IMG/VR virus record: IMGVR_UViG_3300042922_000643
Span: 1 to 64,000 of that record
DNA: 64,000 nucleotides
Direction: 5' to 3' (one strand)
This document shows positions 1 through 9,310 of the stretch, one piece after another (positions within the stretch are counted from its first letter, which is position 1; each line of letters begins with the position of its first letter). Made by a program: the position numbers and the translations under genes. The notes under the pieces were generated by a model, which ran no database searches, was not told the origin of the DNA, and worked only from the letters and a program-made list of their open reading frames with translations.

Positions 1-1
1 T

Positions 2-181
2 GCGGGTATAGAATGTACAGCTATGAATATCATAAGCATGATAGTTAAAAAAGCTCCTCCATTAGAATCATTCAATCGCGCTCATGCCTTGTCGTATAGC
101 TTTATCAGCCATCCTGACACCTATGAAGGCTTGCTTACTAGTAACGAAAAATGCATGTTTTTACTGGATGATCAGGAGTGA
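2..181 (+). CDS. Partial hypothetical protein (5' end outside window) with C-terminal tag NEKCMFLLDDQE
   Basis: Frame open from base 2 to TGA at 179-181 (my translation; not in the ORF track). Confidence 0.65.
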   Translation, partial: AGIECTAMNIISMIVKKAPPLESFNRAHALSYSFISHPDTYEGLLTSNEKCMFLLDDQE

Positions 182-186
182 TACCT

Positions 187-330
187 ATGATCGATGAATA
201 CAAGCCTATGTCTAGTGAGGAAATAGATCTTTGGATAAAAAAAGTACAGAAGGAAGTTAATGAAACTTTAATCCGATTATTGTGGAGAACGAACGAGGAT
301 TATTCTAAAGATTTACAAGATTGTGAGTAA
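187..330 (+). CDS. 47-aa hypothetical protein with C-terminal tag NEDYSKDLQDCE
   Basis: AGGAG RBS upstream of ATG187; MIDEYKPMSSEEIDLWIKKVQKEVNETLIRLLWRTNEDYSKDLQDCE; below the ORF-track size cutoff. Confidence 0.75.
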   Translation: MIDEYKPMSSEEIDLWIKKVQKEVNETLIRLLWRTNEDYSKDLQDCE

Positions 331-342
331 GGAGGTTGGAAT

Positions 343-690
343 ATGTCCTGGGCATGGATCACTGGTGAACTATCGACTAGAGACGTAACTGAAATCGGAT
401 CAAGGAGAGGGAACATTGGATATACTCCGCAGCCTGTCACTTTCCCTGTGTCAAGAGAACAGCAAATAGCTAGACCGCTCAATCAGTCTCATATTTATAC
501 GTCATTAGATGCTACTGAGTATCTAGTGAATAGTAGTAGGAGTATGCACTATTCAGGTTCCCTAGAGGAATTTAATCTCATCGTTCGAGATCGCGCTCGC
601 CTGATAGAAAGAGATATTTACCAAACATTTTTTGCTTTTAGCTCCAGATCGAACGAAGATTATATCAAAAATCTACAAGATATTGATTAG
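343..690 (+). CDS. Hypothetical protein with C-terminal tag NEDYIKNLQDID
   Basis: AAGGAGGT RBS; ORF track. Confidence 0.8.
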   Translation: MSWAWITGELSTRDVTEIGSRRGNIGYTPQPVTFPVSREQQIARPLNQSHIYTSLDATEYLVNSSRSMHYSGSLEEFNLIVRDRARLIERDIYQTFFAFSSRSNEDYIKNLQDID

Positions 691-700
691 GAGGATTCAT

Positions 701-1021
701 ATGGATATCGGTAATGCAATGGGATTAATTAAGGAAGGAAGAAAAGTTGGACGAAAGGCCTGGGGCAAAAACAATGTATTTGCTTCTTCTTCCAATGATC
801 GTACATGGATTGTTCTTATGCCTGAGTTAAAGCTTCCTGCTTACTCCGCTCAAATTGCTGGAGCAAAAGTCAATGACAGAACCGCTAAACATATTGGTCA
901 TGATACACCACTTAATTCCCAGCCTTACATCGCGCTTTGGGTAGGTGATGGTCGTTGGCAGCCAGGCTGGATACCTACACAAGAAGACCTCTTGGCCATG
1001 GATTATTTTATTGTAGATTAA
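701..1021 (+). CDS. DUF2829 / Tad2-like (Thoeris anti-defence sponge family) protein
   Basis: Start moved to ATG701 after AGGAGG; family pattern AMGLIKEGRKVGRKAW ... GWIPTQEDLLAMDY. Confidence 0.75.
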   Translation: MDIGNAMGLIKEGRKVGRKAWGKNNVFASSSNDRTWIVLMPELKLPAYSAQIAGAKVNDRTAKHIGHDTPLNSQPYIALWVGDGRWQPGWIPTQEDLLAMDYFIVD

Positions 1022-1042
1022 ATATGACATGGAGGTAAGACT

Positions 1043-1213
1043 ATGGCAAAAGCAATCATAACTATTGATGCTGAGGAATTTTGGGTAGCACTTCGTGAGT
1101 ATATTCAAAAACATTATGGAATTACTGCTATGGATCTCGTCGTGAAGTATAGCAGAGGAGAAATCACACAGATTATCGCAGAATATGAATTTAAAAAGAT
1201 ACTTGAAAACTAG
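1043..1213 (+). CDS. 56-aa hypothetical protein
   Basis: GGAGGT RBS; MAKAIITIDAEEFWVALREYIQKHYG... Confidence 0.7.
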   Translation: MAKAIITIDAEEFWVALREYIQKHYGITAMDLVVKYSRGEITQIIAEYEFKKILEN

Positions 1214-1258
1214 CCCACTAAGGTGGGTATACATAAAGGATTAGGAGGTGCTAAGCAA

Positions 1259-1627
1259 ATGTATCTACTTGAAATCAAATATGAAGATAAAATTCATATT
1301 ATTGAGAAGATCCAAGTTTTGGAGCAATCTTCTGATTACCCAGAAGTTAAGTTTGCTTACATTGAAGTGCCACATAACGTACTTCAGCTTTCTCATAACG
1401 ATAGGTTTCTACGTACTTTTTTTAGCGGTATAGGTTCAAGTTGTTACCCTATTATTTATCAAGACCCTGATTTCCCTATGGATGAAAATGCACAAACCTC
1501 AAGATGTGTGTCTAGTAGTCCGTATCGATGGATTGAAATATCTACTTCGGAAAAAGGAAAACTTGCAACCTTACTTACCGATGCAGTTAATCAAGAATTT
1601 GCTCGTCACTTACCTGATTTTGAGTAG
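1259..1627 (+). CDS. Paralog family A member 1, with C-terminal tag NQEFARHLPDFE
   Basis: AGGAGGTG RBS before ATG1259; shares AYI/AFI and YRWIEIS motifs with downstream genes. Confidence 0.8.
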   Translation: MYLLEIKYEDKIHIIEKIQVLEQSSDYPEVKFAYIEVPHNVLQLSHNDRFLRTFFSGIGSSCYPIIYQDPDFPMDENAQTSRCVSSSPYRWIEISTSEKGKLATLLTDAVNQEFARHLPDFE

Positions 1628-1638
1628 GAGGCTTTAAA

Positions 1639-2007
1639 ATGTATACTGTTGAAATTACAGCGAATGGTCTTCATTTGATCAAGGATGTCTTATACCTTGA
1701 AAAGATGACGGATTGGGATAATCAAAGATGGGCGTTTATTAAACTAGATAGTAAAGAAGAACTTCAAAGATATCGACAAGACGATAGCTTGAGGCATATA
1801 TTTGGTGTTTTCGGCTGGACCGCATACACTTTTGAATATATACAGCCAGGTTTTCAACTTGCAGATAAGCATGATGCGACAATGTTTGGACAAGACTCTA
1901 TATATCGATGGATTGAAATATCGAATTCATTAAAAGGTCAACACGCTGTACTCCATCGGGCATTATATAATGAAGAATATTTGCCTATACTATCAGATTA
2001 TGAATAG
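1639..2007 (+). CDS. Paralog family A member 2, tag NEEYLPILSDYE
   Basis: RBS; WAFIK and YRWIEIS motifs. Confidence 0.8.
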   Translation: MYTVEITANGLHLIKDVLYLEKMTDWDNQRWAFIKLDSKEELQRYRQDDSLRHIFGVFGWTAYTFEYIQPGFQLADKHDATMFGQDSIYRWIEISNSLKGQHAVLHRALYNEEYLPILSDYE

Positions 2008-2018
2008 GAGGTGCTACT

Positions 2019-2408
2019 GTGTATACCGTATACCTGGCATCCGATCCAGAAAAATTTCGATTTAAGGTCTGGGCTTTTGAGAAAGTGCATGGAAATTTGG
2101 ATGCAACTACAAGAGCGTGGGCTTGTATTAAATTCAAAGACAGGGCAGAACATGATAGATTTAAGACTGATCCTATCACTTCAGTTCATTATGAGGGAAG
2201 CGCTGGCCCACCTAAAAACGATGTCTATTACCGCATCGAAGGTTTCAGCATTGAAGATGATAAAATTTTAGAAGAGATGGAACGTGAAAATAGCTGTTAT
2301 CGCTGGTTACTATCTTCTAACAACATAGAAGATGGAACATATTGGATATACGAACTTGAACCTCAATCTAATGAAGATAGTCTATGCTTGCTTTGCGATG
2401 CTGAGTAA
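2019..2408 (+). CDS. Paralog family A member 3, tag NEDSLCLLCDAE
   Basis: AGGAGGTG RBS, GTG start; WACIK and YRWLLSS motifs. Confidence 0.8.
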   Translation: MYTVYLASDPEKFRFKVWAFEKVHGNLDATTRAWACIKFKDRAEHDRFKTDPITSVHYEGSAGPPKNDVYYRIEGFSIEDDKILEEMERENSCYRWLLSSNNIEDGTYWIYELEPQSNEDSLCLLCDAE

Positions 2409-2411
2409 GGA

Positions 2412-2735
2412 GTGTTTCCTATGGTCAATTTATACTGGGTTTATTCGGATCAGAACTGGGTCATTCAAAAGGGCACAGTAAGTTATTGGTTGACTGATCA
2501 TATGTATGAAGCAGTAAGGGATGCTAATGGAAGCTTCCTAATTTCCAGTGAATATGAAAATGTAATTTTCAATGATATGCCGACAGATATGTTTGAGTTT
2601 ATTCCAAGGGAGGAAGTTAAAATGCAACCTGTTCTACAGATCACCTGTCTTGAATGTGGCAAAAATGCGGATATTAAGCCAGGCGAGCATTGGATTTGCG
2701 GCGACTGCAAAAATAAACAGGAAAAAAGCAGTTAA
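2412..2735 (+). CDS. Hypothetical protein with C-terminal Zn ribbon
   Basis: CLEC...CGDC. Confidence 0.65.
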   Translation: MFPMVNLYWVYSDQNWVIQKGTVSYWLTDHMYEAVRDANGSFLISSEYENVIFNDMPTDMFEFIPREEVKMQPVLQITCLECGKNADIKPGEHWICGDCKNKQEKSS

Positions 2736-2738
2736 GAG

Positions 2739-3077
2739 GTGATGTTAATGAAATTTCTTGTCTATAAAAAGAATCCTGATTTGTTTCGAAAGAGAGTTCT
2801 TGTCATCGATATATGGATGAAAACAGATAAGTATGCCTGCTTTGAACTTGCCGAGGACGAAAGCTGTCCTTTTAGCTGCGGAGAAGGTGCTCCAGGATCT
2901 GATAGTGATATCTTATATGTTGATCCATCTTTTCAGCTCACCGAAGAAATATTAGAAGAAATGGATGCTTCAGATACTCGGTTTAAGTGGGTTAAACTTA
3001 GCAATGAACATGTTGAATTCGTTGATGTCCTTGATACAAATGAATCTATGGTCAGTATTCTACGAGAGTGTGAATAG
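2739..3077 (+). CDS. Paralog family A member 4, tag NESMVSILRECE
   Basis: YACFE and FKWVKLS motifs; shares EEILEEM with 2019..2408 (DKILEEM). Confidence 0.75.
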   Translation: MMLMKFLVYKKNPDLFRKRVLVIDIWMKTDKYACFELAEDESCPFSCGEGAPGSDSDILYVDPSFQLTEEILEEMDASDTRFKWVKLSNEHVEFVDVLDTNESMVSILRECE

Positions 3078-3483
3078 GAGGTGTTTAGGTGACTGATTAT
3101 ACTCATGTAAAAAAAGAACAATGGACTGCTGAAGAAATTACGGAACATCTTAAAAATATTGGTGTGACTGGGCCTATTGATAAGCCTAAAAGTTCAAAGC
3201 TAGGTACAACAGCGCCACAACAAAAATACGGTAGTTCTCGCTATGTACAGCGCGGCGGAGAACGATGGTAGGAGGTATAGATAATGGAATTCATTGGCGA
3301 AAAGGACCGTCAAATCTGGAAAGCATTGTATTCAACACTTACCACTGCTCAGATTGAAAAAGCTTTACGCAATGCAAAACTCAGCCATGAAGACTGGATC
3401 TTATTTCTTAAAATATTTCACAAATAATTTCGTTGCTACAACCATAACCTTATGGTACTATAAAAAGGAAAAGGAGCTCTATT

Positions 3484-3768
3484 ATGGAACGCACTGTACA
3501 AGAATGGATTAAACAACGGCGGCGACAGATGCTTCTCCATTCCTTCATGTATTATCGTATGGGAGAAAGTCTAGTGTCGGATGAACAATTTGATAAGTGG
3601 GCAAGAGAACTACTCTTTCTACAAACGGAATATCCTCAGGAGTCTCTTGAAGTTGAATTCTATGAAGATTTCAAGACGTGGGATGCAACAACAGGCTATC
3701 ATCTTTCTTTCCATGAATATGATTGGCTAGAACCGCTAGCTCGTTCCATGCTTGATTATCATAAATAA
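3484..3768 (+). CDS. Stand-alone NAD+-dependent DNA ligase domain Ia-like protein
   Basis: LLHSFMYYRMGESLVSDEQFDKWAREL..LQTEYP matches the LigA N-terminal H..YY....ISD.EYD...EL..LE..P pattern. Confidence 0.7.
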   Translation: MERTVQEWIKQRRRQMLLHSFMYYRMGESLVSDEQFDKWARELLFLQTEYPQESLEVEFYEDFKTWDATTGYHLSFHEYDWLEPLARSMLDYHK

Positions 3769-3782
3769 GGAGTGATTTATTA

Positions 3783-4022
3783 ATGAAGAAGATTGGCCAT
3801 TTTCTGCTTAGGAATATACACTGGGGATTTATTGCTTGTATGATTTACTGGATATTTAACGGAATCCAGGTGATTAGAGGAGAATGGGTCTTTGACAAAG
3901 GAGATTCTGTATTCTCATGTATTATGGTAGCTCTCTTCTTTGCACAGGCCACTGTTCAACACCTTAGAGATATCAGACGTAATCCTGAGTGGTATGGCAA
4001 AGTAACAAAACGGGATGTATAA
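3783..4022 (+). CDS. Small membrane protein (2 TM)
   Basis: Two hydrophobic segments; RBS. Confidence 0.6.
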   Translation: MKKIGHFLLRNIHWGFIACMIYWIFNGIQVIRGEWVFDKGDSVFSCIMVALFFAQATVQHLRDIRRNPEWYGKVTKRDV

Positions 4023-4058
4023 TTCAACTACCATCATTGACGAACAGTAGGTGATACT

Positions 4059-4304
4059 ATGCGTGCAAGAGGCGAAAAACATTATAAAGCTGTTTTGACC
4101 GATATGCAAGTAGCCATCATACGGGAAATGATAAACGACGGTATTCGTTTGAACGAAATCCAAGAAAACTTTGGTATTTCCAGAAGTGTTCTTCATAGTA
4201 TTAGTGCGAATTTTAGCTGGAAACATATTGCGCCACCTTCTCGTGCAAAAAAAGGTCGTGCGGATGGTCGATTGAGAGAAAAAGAAACTTCAGAAAACCC
4301 ATAA
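4059..4304 (+). CDS. HTH protein resembling the C-terminal DNA-binding module of phage HNH endonucleases
   Basis: RGEKHYKAVLTDMQVAIIR...IQENFGISRSVLHSI....SWKHI. Confidence 0.6.
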   Translation: MRARGEKHYKAVLTDMQVAIIREMINDGIRLNEIQENFGISRSVLHSISANFSWKHIAPPSRAKKGRADGRLREKETSENP

Positions 4305-4677
4305 AGGAGATTCTAGTATGTTTAAACCAAATGTACATTTGAAGTATGTCATGGAAGTAGAAGATCTTCTTATAAAAGCTGTAGCTGCTCTCGATGAAGT
4401 ACAAAGTAAGGATATACTTGATGGTCGCGCTCAATATGCTATTAGCCAAATCCAAAAAATGATTCATGCAGTAGATCACGCCATCATTTCAGAACGTTAT
4501 GTTATGATGAATACGTTTGAAGCTGCAAAAGATAACCAGAAAGAATTATTAAATCGATCTGAACAACAACGTTTAGAACGTCTTGAAGGTATTAAAGAAA
4601 GAGCAAAAGAAGAAGGTAGCACTTATATTAGGTAAAATTTCTGGGTGGCGGTATGTTCTATCCAGGCATCGGTGCAT

Positions 4678-4748
4678 GGGGTAGGTAGCCCAAGTGAGAG
4701 GCGGCCTGACAAGGGAGGAGATGGCGGCGAAAACCCGCCCCTACCCCT
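4678..4748 (+). ncRNA. tRNA-like RNA A (no anticodon loop)
   Basis: Acceptor GGGGTAGG/CCTACCCC, then TA, D-arm GCC-CAAGTGAGA-GGC, CCT-GACA-AGG mini-hairpin, T-like arm GGCGG-CGAAAAC-CCGCC stacked on the acceptor; followed by a T-run. Confidence 0.6.
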
Positions 4749-4785
4749 ATACTTTTTTTATAGAAGTAGCACTACATAATGGGAG

Positions 4786-5121
4786 GTGAGATCCATGCAA
4801 AAACTTATTCGTGACAATGAAAAATGGATCATCGAAGAGTTACACGGCAAAGAAGCATACACTCGAACTATTGACGATGATACTTCTTTCATCTATGAAG
4901 GCACTAGAAAGCTTCTTCTTGATGCAGGAGAGTACGCAAGATCCAAAGATGTCTGTGAAAATTTGGAGAAGCTTGCAGATATTCTTGAGATTGTATATGC
5001 ATTAGGTGCTGCAAGCGGATTTTCTCCTGAGTTATTGGATGAAACAAGACAGAGCAAAGCAAAAACATACGGTCGATTTGATAAGAGGATCTTTCTTGTC
5101 GGAATTGATAACGGTCAATAA
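4786..5121 (+). CDS. Phosphoribosyl-ATP pyrophosphohydrolase / MazG-like NTP pyrophosphatase
   Basis: KLIRD N-terminus; LADILEIVYAL; K...GRFDKRIFL C-terminus. Confidence 0.7.
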   Translation: MRSMQKLIRDNEKWIIEELHGKEAYTRTIDDDTSFIYEGTRKLLLDAGEYARSKDVCENLEKLADILEIVYALGAASGFSPELLDETRQSKAKTYGRFDKRIFLVGIDNGQ

Positions 5122-5569
5122 GGAGATTTTTCTATGAGAGTTAACTTACAAAATAACGCAATGAAGCCGCGAATCAAACTCCTATCTCATAAAGAAATTC
5201 TTACCTGTTCTGACACTCAGTATGTCGTTAAGGAAAACAATGGATACTACTTGGCAACAAGAGAGCCAGAACATCTAGGAAGTAGGCCGACCATGCATGT
5301 TAAATTCCTTCGTGATTTTATAGTCACTTCTAAACCTAATCAGTCATCAAGAATATACAAAATCTTAGGATCGAAGTAAACTGAAATTGGGAGGTGAAGA
5401 AATGAACGAGAATGAAAAGCTATATCTGTGTGATACTATCACTATTCTCATTGATTACGATGGCTTTCGTACACCTGAAGGTTTGATGTCCCTAATCGAT
5501 GAAGTGAAAGAAAGACTCGTTAATATCCGTGACAATAAAGTCACATCGGATACGGTTTAACTTTTTAAT

Positions 5570-5747
5570 GTGCGCCTCGCTAGTTGGAGCATCAAGCTGG
5601 TTCGAGTCCAGCAGGCATGGGGTTGTTGGTGACTCACAAGGCAGCTAGAGGAACCAACAAATACTACAGAGGGAGTCCCACCAGAGGGAAATAAGGCTGT
5701 GGTTCAAAACTTCCGACACTGAGGTTTGTCCTGGTTTCTCAGTGTCA
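5570..5747 (+). ncRNA. tRNA-like element B (D and T arms only) followed by further hairpins
   Basis: GCT-AGTTGG-AGC D-arm; GCTGG-TTCGAGT-CCAGC T-arm; GCCT/AGGC closing stem; downstream stems TTGTTGGT/ACCAACAA and GACACTGAG/CTCAGTGTC. Confidence 0.55.
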
Positions 5748-5772
5748 CCCTATATATTAAGGAGCAATCATT

Positions 5773-6006
5773 ATGCAGTGGCTATACACAATATTCGAAT
5801 GGACGTGGCATTTGAATTCTTTCGGGAACTTTATGTGGACTGTTTTTCTGATTGCGATCTTTATCTGGTCATTTTTGGGCATGCTATTCATCGCTGGAGC
5901 TAATGATCCTACGTTAGGTAGATTGATTAGATTTTTTACTATATGGTTTACTAGTCCACTGATTGTTCTTTTACTTGTTGGTTACATTGGATATTTGTCA
6001 TTTTAG
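5773..6006 (+). CDS. Small membrane protein
   Basis: Hydrophobic; AAGGAG RBS. Confidence 0.65.
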   Translation: MQWLYTIFEWTWHLNSFGNFMWTVFLIAIFIWSFLGMLFIAGANDPTLGRLIRFFTIWFTSPLIVLLLVGYIGYLSF

Positions 6007-6271
6007 GTATGTCTAGGAGGTTATAAACCTTGAAAATCGGAACAATTGGTAAAGGAAAGTGGCACCATATCGTAGAATACCGTAAGAGCTACTCAGGTGA
6101 ATATTATTACTGGTATCCTATTTGCCATAGTAGTGGACGATCCATCGAAAAGGCTATTGAATATCATCCTAATCATGAACGCTACCTGTGTCCTTCATGT
6201 GTACGACAAGCTTATCAAGATGGCATTATTCGTATATCCATAGCTGAATAAATATCTGAGGGGGAATCTAA

Positions 6272-6664
6272 ATGAAAAAGAAGCTCGCAATTATGGTTAT
6301 AGCTCTTATGACAATTATCTTAACATCATGTACTAGTGAAGCAGACACCGTATCTCATAACCTATCGAAGTCCGCGGACTCATTTGAAGTACAAAGACGA
6401 GTCGTATTCTTTAATGGGATAACAGATAAATATCTGCTTACTGTTGAAGGTCTATGCTCCCTGAATACTGATAGTGAGAAGAAGTTGACCGTTACTTGTA
6501 AGGTTGGAGACGGTCAATACAAGAAACACTACCTTGGTTTGAGCGATAATGTAAGTTATTTTGTGGAACAAACAGACGCGAAGTATGAAGATGCATTCCA
6601 CTATAAAGTAATATTTAGACCAGAATCAATCATTCCAAATATAGACCTTCAGACAAGTAAGTAA
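6272..6664 (+). CDS. Phage lipoprotein
   Basis: Signal peptide MKKK-hydrophobic-LTSC lipobox. Confidence 0.7.
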   Translation: MKKKLAIMVIALMTIILTSCTSEADTVSHNLSKSADSFEVQRRVVFFNGITDKYLLTVEGLCSLNTDSEKKLTVTCKVGDGQYKKHYLGLSDNVSYFVEQTDAKYEDAFHYKVIFRPESIIPNIDLQTSK

Positions 6665-7032
6665 TCATTATGGAAAAGAAGACAAAGCAAGTACGATGTG
6701 ATAATACAAGATGTACAGCGTTGGTCGATGTTCCTGATGATTTTGAATATGAGTTTTGTTGCAATGGTTATATGTGCGGCTGCTATGGATATGCAATTAA
6801 CCCAGTATTTTGTGAAGTCTGCGAGAAAGAAATTCTGGGGAACACGCTCTAGCTGTAACAGAATGAAAAAAGGAGTTGTTATAATTGAAAACATGGAATG
6901 ATATGAAAAAGGAAATTACATCTATAAGTCCGAAGAAAAAAGCATTAATTGCTACTTTAGCAAAGAAAACGAATAATGGTCAGATAACAGAAGAAGAAGC
7001 AATGAGCATCTTATCAAAGATTAAATAAAATA

Positions 7033-7170
7033 TGCTGGAAGTAGCTTAGAGGGAGAGCGGCCCTGTGTAGGGGTGTATAAAGGCCGACATGGATATAGTT
7101 TACTGTTCAGACAGTGTTCTAAACATGGCGTCAACCTTAGCAGCGATGGTTCGAGTCCATCCTTCTAGCA
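7033..7170 (+). ncRNA. tRNA-like RNA C (anticodon arm replaced by a tetraloop hairpin, ~70-nt extra arm)
   Basis: Acceptor TGCTGGAAG/CTTCTAGCA; TA-GCTT-AGAGGGA-GAGC D-arm; CCCT-GTGT-AGGG; long arm capped by ACTGT-TCAG-ACAGT; GATGG-TTCGAGT-CCATC T-arm. Confidence 0.65.
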
Positions 7171-7489
7171 GTACATATCTTTACCGAAGGGGGTGCTGTA
7201 AATATTGGATTATTTCAACTACAAAACTGCATGTGAATATATGGCTAAAAACTATTTGGTATCTGGCCCAGGTAATTATGATTATTATTTGCTGGTACAA
7301 GACAAACTTTATGGACAGTTTAGCTGTGACGATACTATATATCCTATTAAACATACACCTCAAATGCTTGAAGATATGCAGGATGATGCACTATACTGGT
7401 ATATAGTTGGCGGATGCGGCGTATGGTATGAAAATAAAGCAGAACACGATCCCCGACCTTACGGCATTTCCAGGAGGTGATAAACAACT

Positions 7490-7873
7490 ATGAAATGTCC
7501 TTATTGTCAAGGCGAAGTTATGTTTCTCACCAGTAAACAGTTTTATGGAGTAGACTATGGAACAAACGTTTATTCATGCAAGCCATGTGACGCTTACGTG
7601 GGCACTCACGGTAATACTAAGCAACCTCTAGGAACTCTCGCGAATAAAGAGCTTCGGAAATATCGGAGTCTTGCACATAAAGCATTTGATCCATTGTGGA
7701 AAACTAAAGGAATGACTCGTACTGCTGCTTATCGATGGATGTCTGAACAGATGTCTATTGCGCCGCAGGAAGCGCATATCGGAATGTTTAATATTAATCA
7801 GTGTAAGCAGATAATTGAACTACTCTCAGTAGTAAAATACTTTGTAGAAGGGAATTATGATGAAAGATTCTAA
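7490..7873 (+). CDS. DUF3268-like zinc-finger protein
   Basis: CPYC...CKPCDAYVGTH...PLGTLA...AHKAFDPLW...AHIGMF. Confidence 0.75.
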   Translation: MKCPYCQGEVMFLTSKQFYGVDYGTNVYSCKPCDAYVGTHGNTKQPLGTLANKELRKYRSLAHKAFDPLWKTKGMTRTAAYRWMSEQMSIAPQEAHIGMFNINQCKQIIELLSVVKYFVEGNYDERF

Positions 7874-8886
7874 TTTAGTTATAGACACACACTGTGAAGT
7901 ATGTAAAAGCGATTTTATGATACCTTACAGTACACATCTTGAAAATGATGTATACTGTGATACATGCAAAAGCCTCTTGGTCAAAAAAGGAGAGTTGGTT
8001 TATGAACAATGATATTGTAGTGCGTATCGTAGATCGAATCCTATCCAACCTTACAAACCGTTCTGGCTTTGGTGAGGTTTGGTGTAGCTGTGAAGAAATC
8101 ACTCATGAAAACATTAAGGCAGACCTGGAGAATATTGTTCGTCGCGAAATGGAAAGAGCGGGTATATCATGAGCCGAAAACCAAAGAAAGAATCTTCGTG
8201 GCTGAATATAATTGGAGATATATTTGAAGCCTTGGCAGATCTAGTCGAGGCTATTTTTGTGAAGTAGGAGGACTCTTATGAGTTTCGTTGATCTTAAAAC
8301 AATGGAAGACTTTATTACTTTTGAATTAGGTTCTGATGTAGTAGCTGTTGTCTTTAATAATCAATTTGAAAATCTTCTAAAAAATGGAGAAATCATTTTC
8401 TTTACACTTGAAGATGGGTATGGAACTTGTTACATGAAAAAGGGTTTCGGATTTTCCAAGCCTAAAGTTGAAATGACAATTTTTTCTTTTGACAAGGATG
8501 AATTTCTTTCCTATCGCCACAAGGATATTGGAAAAGCAATAAAGGTGTTTGAACAATTTTACAAGGATGGAACTCGATTTTTTTATGAGCCAGGTCTTCA
8601 ACAAGAAAGGCTGATGAAATGATGTATCAAGATCCTTACGATACACTCCACCTGGACGTATCAGGAATCAAAGTATCCTATGCACTAAAAAGGGATTTTA
8701 AGAATGGAGATATTGTACGATTGAGGGAGCCTTACAAGGGCTATACTCATGGTGTTATTGTTTATCATAACGAAACCTTGGGTGTTCTTGTACGTCTTCC
8801 TGGAACTTGGCAGAATGAACGTGGTGTATGGAATTATCATAAGTATTATTTCGAGCACGAAATTGACTGTGTAAAGGAGAATTGAA

Positions 8887-9246
8887 ATGAGTGGTGGAAG
8901 CAACTCTAACGCCGAAGCGGGAGGATTAGCCATATTCCCTCTCGTCGGCCTGATATTTATCATCCTTAAGCTTACTGGAGCAATTGGATGGAGTTGGTGG
9001 TGGGTTACCGTTCCATTTTGGGGGCTTCCAGTACTAGGCGGCGGACTAGTTATTGCAGGCATGATCCTTTATGTTATATTCTCTTTCTTTGGTCTTGTTT
9101 TTTCTTCTTTAGCTCTGAATGTAGCTAACAAAACCTTAGATAAAAAGAAAAAAGAAGTAGAGCTTAAAAGAATGATACAAGAACAGAGTCGTCCATACAG
9201 TGCTGATGAAATTCCGTCAAAAACAACAACAAAACATTATCTTTAA
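8887..9246 (+). CDS. Membrane protein
   Basis: LIFIILKLTGAIGWSWWWVTVPFW, a common phage TM motif. Confidence 0.7.
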   Translation: MSGGSNSNAEAGGLAIFPLVGLIFIILKLTGAIGWSWWWVTVPFWGLPVLGGGLVIAGMILYVIFSFFGLVFSSLALNVANKTLDKKKKEVELKRMIQEQSRPYSADEIPSKTTTKHYL

Positions 9247-9310
9247 GTAAGGAGATGATAGTTATGAAAAAGAAGTTTGATCACCTGTAGGTAAGTCCAC
9301 CTATAAGGAG

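Noticed and set aside
2-3077. C-terminal tag as a by-product of stop/RBS overlap or a DNA repeat
   Set aside because: Overlap could bias only the last codon. It cannot explain Asn-12, Leu-5 or the synonymous codon variation, and the copies at 31205 and 51220 have no adjacent downstream RBS.
4678-7170. Calling the three elements functional tRNAs, including tRNA-Sec for element C (8-bp acceptor, long arm)
   Set aside because: None has a 5-bp stem with a 7-nt anticodon loop; there is no UCA anticodon in the correct position and no Sec-type D-arm.
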